Assembly (NCBI RefSeq): GCF_964188315.1
Contig: NC_135655.1
Coordinates: 112,778,001-112,842,000 of the forward strand
Origin: Podarcis muralis
Taxonomy: Eukaryota
Direction of reading: 5' to 3'
DNA: 64,000 nucleotides
Of the stretch, positions 12,473 to 22,512 are shown piece by piece; position 1 is the stretch's first letter; each line of letters starts with the position of its first letter. The notes under the pieces are model-generated. The model was not told the DNA's origin. It did no database searches and saw only the letters and a program-made list of their open reading frames with translations. Both the position numbers and the translations under genes were made by a program.

Positions 12473-13244
12473 TGTTGCGGTTGGGGAACAGGCCACTGCT
12501 TCATGACTAGGCAAATTTTGGTGGAACCCAAACTCTTAAAGGGTTAATTGGGTTGCTGGGGATTTCTGAGTGTTGCCAATTCGGAGGAGGGGTCAGAGGA
12601 TATAAATATAGGAGCCAAGACGATGGGCCGTCCTCTTGGCCGTTTTGCATCGGATCACCCGCCCCCCCTCCCTTTTATAGGGTGGCTTCTGGTTTATTGA
12701 CCTTGCTATGCCTGTCAAGGGGTCGTCCGCCTTTGAGCGGGGGCCTGGTAGGAATTTTGCCATTTGGCTGATTGGCTGTGCCACTTGGTTTTTGCCTACT
12801 ATGTAGCAAATCGTCACAACTTGTAAGGTTGGCGGTTAGGCATTGGTTAAATTGGTTCTTGGAGGGGTAAGTGCCTATCCCTCCAAATGATGCGGAAAGG
12901 GAATTCCGTTAAAGGAATCCAGGGGCTTGCCATTCTTTCGTCCTGTCCGTGGAGCCGGGCTTGGGCCGTGCAAGCCCCACCGGAACATGAGGGTGAGAAG
13001 TGTTGGATTGATTCCCAGCCTCATTTCTCACCCAATACTTGTTTCCCACGCTGGCTTCCGGTGGTGTCCGGAAGTGCCAGCTCTGTCCTGTGGGGGCAAG
13101 GACAGATAGTCAAACCAATGCCTAAGCAACCACTCACATTTTTTGTATTTGAATAAAGTTGTGGCCAAAAATTATGCCAAAAACCTTAAACAAAAAATTG
13201 GTGTGAAGTGTGAATTTTTTGGGGTGGCACTGTGGAACTCAACA
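12473..13244 (+). mobile_element. Solo-LTR-like element (~770 bp), boundaries uncertain
   Basis: TGTTG...CAACA ends, CpG-rich body, TATA-like at 12601, AATAAA at 13152, motifs shared with 9856-10099. No TSD found. Confidence 0.55.
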
Positions 13245-14323
13245 TGCAAATGTATATATAAGCTGGGAGTAGAAGGGAGAGCGAGAACTACCACCATAAA
13301 AATAATAAATAGAAATAATAGAATAGAAATACTTTATTATAAATCCAGTTCTTTATTATAAATCCAGTTCTTACAGCATTTTTGGAAGATGCTAAGGCCC
13401 AGATTTCTATGAGTCCCTGGTCTAGTTTCTTTGATGATTGGGAAACCACCAAAATCACCTCTAGTTCTGTTTTTCATTTAATAAATTATTTTTATTACCC
13501 AAGGAAGTATATTTTACTTCTCTAGTTCTCTAGTTGTGCTTGTTCTCTTTCGACATGGTGCATGGGTGATGCAGTCAAAATTGTGTTTCTAGGTGTCCTA
13601 AAAGAGTGTGGTGGAATATTAAAGATGTGTCTCCCAAAATTCATGTGTGTTGCCTATTCCGAAAGACACACTTTGTTTTGGTCTGTTTTTAGTCGTTTGT
13701 TTTGAAACAACAAAACTCATGTATTTTGGGTATGTGTTAAGAATGTCATACCTTTTCAATCACGACAATAAATAATAGAGATGCATAATCTTAATTTATC
13801 TGGTTGGTTGGTTGTAAGTCGCTTTGGGTTGCCCTGGGCAAGATAAAGCCACTAAGAAACTAACAACCACAATAGTGATGATGATGATGATGATGATGAT
13901 GATGCCACATTTCAGCACCCCTCCATAACACCCTGCACTCCCTCTAAATTTGAGAAAGTGCTGCTGGGGGAGGGTGGGTTGATCAAAATCACCTCCACCT
14001 GCATTCTGTTAATAGATTCTTCTCTGTCAGTGAACAGCCACCATTACATATTACCCATAACAATAGAAAGCTTTGTGTCAGTACAGGAGAGGGCATGGAT
14101 TTAATAAATCGTTTTCCTAATGAAGAGCTTTTCAGGCTTGTAGAAGGCTTTACTGAATAAATTGACACCTTCAGGGTTTTTGACAGTATGAAAGCACGTA
14201 GTACCCTTTTGTTTTTTCCATCGCATGTTGCTGTATTGGGTGTTGAACCATCTGAAGTGACTGAGCAGCACTTGCACGTAGTACTTAGACGCGATGCCGG
14301 AAACTCAACCTCTCCACCCTCAG

Positions 14324-14459
14324 TGCTGCTACTCCAGAAAAATAATACAGAACCCACACAATCTCCCATGCTGCAGAAAACCAAAAGTGTAAATGTTGGG
14401 AGATCTGGTCATGGATATAATACCATGTGGTTTGGTCCCGGAGCAGCAGTTTTTTAAAG
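14324..14459 (+). CDS. ZNF385B: Probable ZNF385B upstream exon (5' UTR plus CDS 14411-14459, MDIIPCGLVPEQQFFK-G)
   Basis: Acceptor CTCAAC..CCTCTCCACCCTCAG|; strong-Kozak GTCATGG at 14411; phase-1 donor AAAG|GTGGTT. Joins in frame to 15046 (G|GT ATG) across a 586-nt intron; in-frame stop at 14390. Confidence 0.7.
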
Positions 14460-15045
14460 GTGGTTATTAACTTTACAGATCATTTTGTATTATGTTAACT
14501 TGTACAGAGGGAGATTAATAAAGATATGAGGAATGAAGCGGAGAAAGGGAACAACATTTTTTCATCCATTGGCTTTACTATATTGCTGATTGCATTAAGC
14601 AACTATATGCACATCCGAAATTTAAAGGAGGAAATGAAAGTGGGAGGCGGAAGGAGAGAAATGGGAATATTATATTGAGAAGTTTTATACTGGAAGAAAT
14701 ATAAAAACTCTCCCTAAAAAGAAGAGATAACTACTGGAACAAGAAAATGAAGATTGTTCCCAATAATTGAATACTAACAGTTTTTATTTGCCATTGAGCC
14801 ACAGCCTGTGTCACATATATCTGCAGGAACAGCAGACTATGAAGAACTGTGAGAAGCACTTCCTATATTTACTTTTTATATTATATATTTTTATTATAAT
14901 AATTATAAGCAGAACGGAATAGAATAGTACATAGTGCATAATAAAAAAACAGGTTTATGAAAGAAAATGCTGACTTGAAGTACTTTTATATTTGGTTTCT
15001 GACCTCGTTCCATTGTTCCTTTCTTTCCCCCTCCCTTTTGTGTAG

Positions 15046-15348
15046 GTATGAAACACCCGGCAAGTCCTGACCACATATTTGGAGATGGAATTATGAATCA
15101 ATCTGCATTTCTGAGGGGCTTTGAAGATAAAGGACTAAGACACGACAGGGCTGACTGTCAATTAAGTAAAGAGAAAAAGAAGATACTGTTTTCCTTCTGT
15201 GATGTGTGCAATATACAGTTGAACTCAGCAGCGCAAGCTCAGGTTCATTACAATGGAAAGTCTCATCTGAAAAGAGTAAAACAGCTGAATAATGGGAAGC
15301 TACCTGCAAACACGAACACAGGCAATTTGTTTGCAGGTGCCAGCACAG
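15046..15348 (+). CDS. ZNF385B: ZNF385B coding exon with the first matrin-type C2H2 zinc finger (303 nt, phase 1/1)
   Basis: FLRGFEDKG...QLSKEKKKILFSFCDVCNIQLNSAAQAQVHYNGKSHLKRVKQL matches the ZNF385B N-terminus as recalled (KEKKKILFSFC is B-specific among paralogues); pyrimidine tract plus TGTAG| acceptor; ACAG|GTACA donor. Confidence 0.95.
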
Positions 15349-15362
15349 GTACATTTTTTCAT

Positions 15363-15367
<5 letters not shown>

Positions 15368-15405
<38 letters not shown>
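15368..15405. repeat. (GA)n microsatellite about 20 nt downstream of the exon donor
   Basis: Direct reading. Confidence 0.99.
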
Positions 15406-15408
<3 letters not shown>

Positions 15409-15528
15409 TAAGTTTAATCTAAAGTGTCAGAGACATTAAGGCTCCCACCCTTTTGTTTGCTCCCTGTAGTGCCAGCCTTGGAAGAAAGCTTTAATTTATT
15501 TCTTCAAGTATTGTACTGTACTCTAGAC

Positions 15529-15681
15529 CAAGGGTAGTCAATCTGGTCCCTTCGTGGTTCAGGATTCCAGGTGGGTGGTAGGGGGTTCATGTTACTGCAG
15601 CACTGGTGGGTGGTAAGGAAATTTTACCATCAAGAAAGATGCATTAGTGGGTGGTAGGTATAAAAAGGTTGACTACCCCTG
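15529..15681. mobile_element. hAT (Charlie-type) MITE resembling the hAT1/nhAT group
   Basis: TIRs CAAGGGTAGTCAA...TTGACTACCCCTG; left target CTCTAGAC; internal GTGGGTGGTAG repeats. Confidence 0.8.
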
Positions 15682-15685
15682 CTCT

Positions 15686-16008
15686 GGGATGCGGGTGGTG
15701 CTGTGGGTTAAACCACAGAGCCTAGGGCTTGCCGATCAGAAGGTCAGCGGTTCAAATCCCTGCTCCTGCCAACCTAGCAGTTTGAAAGCACATCAAAGTG
15801 CAAGTAGGTAAATAGGTACCACTCCGGCAGGAAGATAAACAGCATTTCTGTGTGCTGCTTTGGTTCACCAGAAGCGGCTTAGTCATGCTGGCCACATGAC
15901 CCAGAAGCTGTACGCTGGCTCCCTCGGCCAATAAAGCGAGATGAGCGCTGCAACCCCAGAGTCGTCCGCAACTGGATGTAATGGTCAGGGGTCCCTTTAC
16001 CTTCACCT
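15686..16008 (+). mobile_element. Sauria SINE (Squam1), internally deleted
   Basis: Pol III A/B-box head, Bov-B-like 3' part, ACCTT tail; 12-bp TSD TACCCCTGCTCT (15674-15685, 16009-16020). Confidence 0.95.
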
Positions 16009-16028
16009 TACCCCTGCTCTCTCTAGGC

Positions 16029-16166
16029 CAGCATTTCCCAACCTTGGGTCTCCAACTGTTTTTGGACTACAGCTTCCATCGTCCCTAGCTGGCAAGACCT
16101 GTGGTCAGGGATGATGGGAATTGTAGTCTGAAAACAGCTGGAGAGACCCAAGTATGGGAAACCCTG
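16029..16166. mobile_element. Palindromic hAT MITE
   Basis: CAGCATTTCCCAA...TGGGAAACCCTG; flanks CTCTAGGC / CTCCAGAC; internal GGACTACA..CCATC / GATGGGAATTGTAGTC palindrome. Confidence 0.85.
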
Positions 16167-16174
16167 CTCCAGAC

Positions 16175-16255
16175 CAGGGATGAGGAGCATATGGCGCTCC
16201 ACATGTTATTAGAGTCCCAGCTCCCATCAGCCCCAGCTAGTGTGGCCAATGGCCA
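16175..16255. mobile_element. Left half of a palindromic hAT MITE
   Basis: Starts CAGGGATGAGGAGC directly after CTCCAGAC and contains CAGCTCCCATCAGCCCC. Confidence 0.6.
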
Positions 16256-16526
16256 CAGCTTCTCACTTGGTTCCATTGTGATGTCACAATTCCCACCCAA
16301 TAAACTACCACCACCACCACTCCCGGCAATTCTTCACCTACTGAGGGAGCTTCAGATGCAGATGGGCTGGGCAGAGTGGGTGTATGGCTCTAGCAGCCTG
16401 GAATAGCTGCTGCCTGCTATCCTGTGCATCTATGAATCCGAAGATAGAAGGAACACAGCAGTTACAAAGTGTACTGATTCAGGCACCATCCCACCCCTTC
16501 CTGAACTTTGCGTGGGCTTGTTTGGG

Positions 16527-16648
16527 CAAGAGTGGAGAACCTGTGTCCCTGCAGTGGGACACTTAACTCCTGTCCCTCCCAGATAGAATGACTAATGGTC
16601 AGAGATTATGGGAGTTCTAGTCCAGCAACATCAGGTTCCTCACCCCTG
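16527..16648. mobile_element. Palindromic hAT MITE
   Basis: CAAGAGTGGAGAACCTG...CAGGTTCCTCACCCCTG ends; no clean TSD. Confidence 0.6.
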
Positions 16649-17994
16649 ATTCCCCACAAAGAGTTGGGGAACATAATTTCTGAAAACTTCTGTGTACATG
16701 AGTATCCAAAAGTGCTATATTGATGGTTCAGTTTAGGCACCAAGAAGTGATGTAATGTCATGTGCAGTTGTGCTAAGACAGCAGATGGGGCAATGTTTTA
16801 TTTCATTATTTTATGTTGTTTGTTTTAATACGAGGTAGCATAGCTTACCTTATTAATGTCATCACACTTCAAATTAGCAGAAGGGGTAGGGCTCATAATC
16901 AACCACATTTCACCTAATTTTCACAAGATTCATTAAGTGAGGGTCAAATTGAAATCCCACACTTCCTGCAGCTTATCCATGTGCCTTTAGAGAAGCCTGC
17001 CTCAGCCTTTGAAAGCTAATGTTTTAGAGGGCTAAATTGCACTCTGTCTGATAATACCCAGTGCCCTGTGAGATCAAGTAAATGTTACAAGAATAAAATT
17101 ATCGCTGGTTCATTTGGGGCTGTGATATATATATAGAGAGAGTGTGTCTCTTTTCTTCTCATAAAGATTCAAAATATGCTTGGATCCTATTTTCTCTTTC
17201 AATAATCCTTTGGAGGTCACCTTTTAAAAAAACAGTATCCATCATCCTTTCTTATACTAAGACAGATGGAAAAGGGTGTCTGTGTTTAAGAAACACTATC
17301 TGGAGGAGACAGAGGTAGCTGCTTTTGAACAGCTTCTGCTGGTGCAGCAAAGTATTAATGCAGTGACAGATTTAAAATCTCAGTAGCGGAGAGCTTATTT
17401 GTTTTCATAGATGTGAAGCATTCACCCTTTTACACCTTGGAAGTTTCACTTCTATTGCAGCTGTTCCATGTAAATACTTCACACTTTTTTAAAAAAGAAC
17501 CCCCCTCGCTTCTGTACCACTTTTGTTTGGTTTGAATGGAACTATGGGATGATTGGCATTTGCAGTTCACACCTGTGGCAGATCAGGCTGTGTTTTGAAG
17601 GAATAAACATGAAACAAGACGTGTAGATGTAAGCAGCCCCGTTTCAAAGTTACATTTAGGGGGAAGTGCAGCTGTAACACTGGCTCTTCGCTAGTTCTAG
17701 TTAACAAATTATTTCCCTCCTTCCCAACTGTCCCTCTCATATCCTAAAGCAAATTCACCCATCACCTAAAGTTAATGCTATTTGTTGGCATTGATGTTAA
17801 CTACTTCATCTTTTTTTCAATGTTTGCATCCCTCCTTGCTATAAAAATGTTATAGCAAAAGACATTTTGTTATGGCAAAAGACACACCAAAGTTCACACA
17901 CACATACAACTTGGATATGAAAATGGCAGGACTCAAAATACCATCTTAAAAGGCAAAGCCCCAAAACACCCACTGAAAAAGGATACGGTCTCGG

Positions 17995-18120
17995 CAGTGG
18001 TGTGTTTCTAGAAAAAGAAGAGCCAGAACTCACCATGAACACCTCACTCGTTCTCTTATAATAGCAATGGCACACACCTTGGCAGGTGCTGGAACTGAGT
18101 TCCGGCTGAAAAAAGCCCTG
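17995..18120. mobile_element. hAT MITE (GGAACTGAGTTCCGG family)
   Basis: CAGTGGTGTGTTTCTAGAAA...GAGTTCCGGCTGAAAAAAGCCCTG; same family as 58779-58827 and the remnant at 9806. Confidence 0.7.
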
Positions 18121-20236
18121 GCTCCTGCTTATTTGCTGGCAGTTGAACAGCCACATGGCCAGACAGACTTCCTTCAACAGAGCATTACAAGTGCCTCAGT
18201 GCTGTGACAACAACAACGAAAACGTCTTGTCTCTCATGTCCGCTCTCTATTCTTTGGATGACAGAGGCCATGGAGCAGGGCCTCAGTAGAAAATCTTGGA
18301 TGACAGGACAATTCCCAAGGGAGCTGGTGCTTGTCAAGATATACTGGTCCCAAATCATTCAGGTCTTTAAGGCTCCAGAAACAAACTGGTAAGCAGAAAG
18401 GCTTTCCTAGAGCGTATGTGTTATTCCTTTTCAGCACCAGATGATGACCTTACTTATAATTCTTCTTGACCTAATTTTGATATATATTGCTGTGTTTCAG
18501 TTTGGGCATAAATTGCACTAAATCTCTCTGCCGTTTTTGGTTGCTTTCTATAAGTGGAACAGAGGAAAAGCACCTCTCCTTCTCCTCAAGCAGCAAAGGG
18601 CCTTGGTCCGTCATGCATCCAATTCGGAAATGTGTGTGCGAGGGTGTGCGGGGGTGAATTTCTGTAGCTCCATATCTTTCGCCAAAAAACAACAACACTT
18701 GACAGCATTTAAGCTCACTGAAAAACTGGGCTCCCATTCCTAAAGTACCTGTGAGGTCATTGTCCAGTGATGGCCTTTTCTAGTGTTTTGCTCAACTCCA
18801 CAGTGGCACATTTCAGTATATTAGTACCATTACAACCAGCACTGTGTGCATTCTCACTATCTTCCTGCTTTTTATTTACTAAGGTCACTATGGTCACAAC
18901 TTTATCACTTTCAGATTTTGAATATTCTCCAGATACTGTTTTCCTTAACTATTTAAAGAGCACTGGGGGGACGGGGACAGAAACATGGTATGTGTAGGAG
19001 GAAATAGGAATGAGGAATGGACTTCTTGTATATGGGGCAATGGGGAAGAGAATGAAGTCTGAGTACCCCAGGTAACAATGACGACTGTATCAAATGTATA
19101 GTAGAAGCATGTTTGTGACTCCCCCCCCCTTTTTTTACTATATACGTACAAACAAATTTAATTCATACAAATACCCAAAACACTTAGATCATCTCCAGCG
19201 ACATAATTGTTAAACGAAAATACTCATTCCTATGACATTGTTTTCTTAGCTATCACCCAGCTAGTGTGTAGGTTTAAAAAGCTTCCACAAGATGGTGCCG
19301 TAAGCATTCACAGAGTGATGGTTTTTAGTGAACTGGCTACAGTCACTCCTCATGGAGATGATTTAGGGAATGTAACTGTGTTCACACTCTCATTTGCACT
19401 CACTGTGTTTCCAGCGCTGAGCTTTCAATTTCTGTTCCTATAACGTTATCCAAAAGGTATACGTTTCCTGTAATTTGTTATAAAATACTGCTTTTTGTTT
19501 CTCAAACCTGTTTCACAGTCCTTTAAACCATTCCTAATTTGTCTCTGGCCAAGGACTGAACACATATGCATAGAGTAAAGATATCCCCACTAGTCAACAA
19601 CCCCTGGTATGTGCACAAATGCAAACCAATCTGACACTAATGAAGCCTGTGCAGCACGGGAGAGCTGTAAAACACACCGAAAAGGCAACAACTACACTGT
19701 TCTCTAAGGTGGTAATGTGAGCACACCATATGTCTCTCTTCTTCCCCCTTTAGCTGCAACCTGTATGTACTTACCTGGGAATAAGTACTACTGAATTTAA
19801 ATGTGAGTTACTTCAGAGTAGATATGAGAGGGGTGCTCTGCCGGTATCTATTTTGACAAAGGAGATTTCAGTCATTGCACGTAAGGCCCATTTTGTGAAT
19901 CAAATGTCTCTTCTCTCCCTTTAAAGCTTCCTATTATTGACACTGCTAGGACTGTTCTTTGTGGGTGTATGGCACAGGGGAAGATACACATGTCTTTGGG
20001 GTTTTTTATTTCCTTAAAAGAATGTTTAAACAGCTGTTTATCAATCAGAGCCAAATTCCGACGTGTTTCATATCTTTGTACTAACATATGAGACACTGAT
20101 TGTACAGGAGTACCAAAACAGGCTAACACTGCAAGAATCTGAGGCGTGTGTTCGAAAAACACAGGTGTATCATAGAGTATCATTTACAGTAACCAGCCTT
20201 TGAGAGGCACGGACTGAAATCAGGTATGCATGTATT

Positions 20237-20642
20237 TGTTGTTGTTGTTTAGTTGTTTAGTCGTGTCTGACTCTTCATGACCCCATGGACCAGAGCACGC
20301 CAGGCACTCCTGTCTTCCACTGCCTCCCATAGTTTGGTCAAACTCATGCTGGTAGCTTCAAGAACACTATCCAACCATCTCGTCCTCTGTCGTCCCCTTC
20401 TCCTTGGGCCCTCCATCTTTCCCAACATCAGGGTCTTTTCCAGGGAGTCTTCTCTTCTCATGAGATGGCCATAGTATTCGAGCCTCAGCTTCAGGATCTG
20501 TCCTTCCAGTGAGCACTCACTCAGGGCTGATTTCCTTAAGAATGGATAGGTTTGATATTCTTGCAGTCCATGGGACTCTCAAGAGTCTCCTCCAGCACCA
20601 TAATTCAAAAGCATCAATTCTTTGGCGATCAGCCTTCTTTAT
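20237..20642 (-). mobile_element. RTE Bov-B LINE 3' end
   Basis: Minus frame KKADRQRIDAFELWCWRRLLRVPWTAR...(4-nt duplication frameshift)...GHLMRREDSLEKTLMLGKMEGPRRRGRQRTRWLD; (CAA)n tail; possible TSD ATGCATGTAT / ATACATATAT. Confidence 0.95.
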
Positions 20643-22177
20643 ACATATATGCAAAAAAGAAATGAATGTGGGGGTGGAAAACAGAAGGGGAAAGAAGTGA
20701 AGTTATTAGACAATGATACAGATCTCTTTTTTGGAGAATCAGAACAATTTTAGCTTAATAAGGCATGGTCTGTGTTATAGTTTGCCCTCTTGTAACTGAA
20801 TTTAGCTGAGCGTAGCTGCAAAGGGATGTTTGGGAAGGCATTTGGGGATACTCTACGAAGTACAGAAAACTGCAGGATTTATTTCCCTATGAAGTTCTGT
20901 CAGTGTAGAGTGCATGGGCAAATGGTGACAAAATGACAAATGTGTCAAGTTTTGAAACATTTTAAGCCGAGCCATCTGGTTTTACTTGGCAGTGCAGCCT
21001 CTGTAGAAATGGCACATGTCATTTCAGGGTTTTCCATGGCATGTGAAGTTTTCATCTTCTGCCAGTTTTTGCTGTGTTTGTTTAATTGGGTGGAAGTATT
21101 AATCAGAGTAGTTTATTAACAACATTAAAAAATGGAAATCTCCATGCAACTGTAATGAAAATATTACTGGCTGAGATGCAGAAAAGTCCCATTAGTTCAC
21201 CCTTCTCCCCCATGCTGGTTTTTTTAAAAAAACAAATAATAATAATATGATTCACTCTTTATCCTGCCCATGAAGATACATCAGAGGTCAGCTTGGGTTA
21301 CAGAAAGTTTGTAAAAACATTATCAACTCAACTTTGTGCTTTCCACCCCCATCCCATTTTTGCGTTCAACTCCGCTATATTTTAATGTCATCACAGTGAT
21401 TTTTCCTCTTTAAGGAATGTGAAATAGTACCCAAGCCATAATCAGTGTTCTCCAGCAATTTAGAAGTAAATGCTAAAACACTTATTTTATTTCATGTTTT
21501 ATTTATCAGAATAGCAAATAATTATGCTGTAGTTATGTGTACCTACAAAATCTGTTTTTGTGATGTTGTTAGATGATTAAAATGATTAATTTACATAATT
21601 ACCATTTGTAATGAGTTTAAAAGTTTGGTTTTGATCTTTAAACCAGATGCACTACAAAACAGCTTGTAACTATATGCAGTTAATGCGGGTATTTTTAAAA
21701 GAAAGACTTCTTTTTGCATGTTGCAGTACACATTTTATTCCCATGGAATATATTATAGCTGCCTCTTGATTATTGAAACCAATTTCACAGTGATGCTATC
21801 ACAATAATTATTAGGCTTCCTGAATACTTTTCACATGTAGCTTTTTCAGTAAGTGAGAAAGGGCTTCTTACATCACCAGATCCCAAATAGATAGGAGTAA
21901 GTCTCGGGGCGTGAATACCTCTTGCTCATTGTTGTCACAGAAACAGCTGGTTGGTGTTTATTTCCCCCAAACAACTTGTAAGGTATTGGGATGTTGAGGT
22001 ATAACATCTAAAAGGAAACATACTTATTTCTGGGATTGTGAGACCACTTACTTGTAAGGACCTATGCAGCTGTTCAGCAGATGTGCCTTGTTTGTGTACG
22101 CCATGTGTACCCTAATGTTTGCCACAGTAAAGACTGTCAGGTGTAAAGAATAAACCAATAATATCTTTCTACCTGAG

Positions 22178-22512
22178 TGGTGCTGTGAGTTAAACCACAG
22201 AACCTAGGACTTGCCGATCAGAAGGTCGGCAGTTCGAATCCCTGCTATGGGGTGAGCTCCCGTTGTTTGGTCCCTGCTCCTGCCAACCTAGCAGTTCGAA
22301 GGCACGTCAAAGTGCAAGTAGATAAATACTCCGGCGGGAAGGTAAACGGCGTTTCCGTGCACTGCTCTGGTTCGCCAGAAGCGGCTTAGTCATGCTGGCC
22401 ACATGACCCGGAAGCTGTACGCCAGCTCTCTCGGCCAATAAAGCGAGATGAGCACCCCAACCCCAGAGTTGGCCACGACTGGACCTAATGGTCAGGGGTC
22501 CCTTTACCTTTT
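22178..22512 (+). mobile_element. Sauria SINE (Squam1)
   Basis: Full body; TSD TACCTGAG (22170-22177, 22513-22520). Confidence 0.95.

Noticed and set aside
13332-13372. 19-bp tandem duplication CTTTATTATAAATCCAGTT next to (AATAG)n
   Set aside because: Ordinary slippage duplication with no spacer; not CRISPR-like or otherwise informative.
15349-15422. ORF extension TFFHYMRERERE...ILSLI
   Set aside because: Read-through past the splice donor into a (GA)n microsatellite; not protein.
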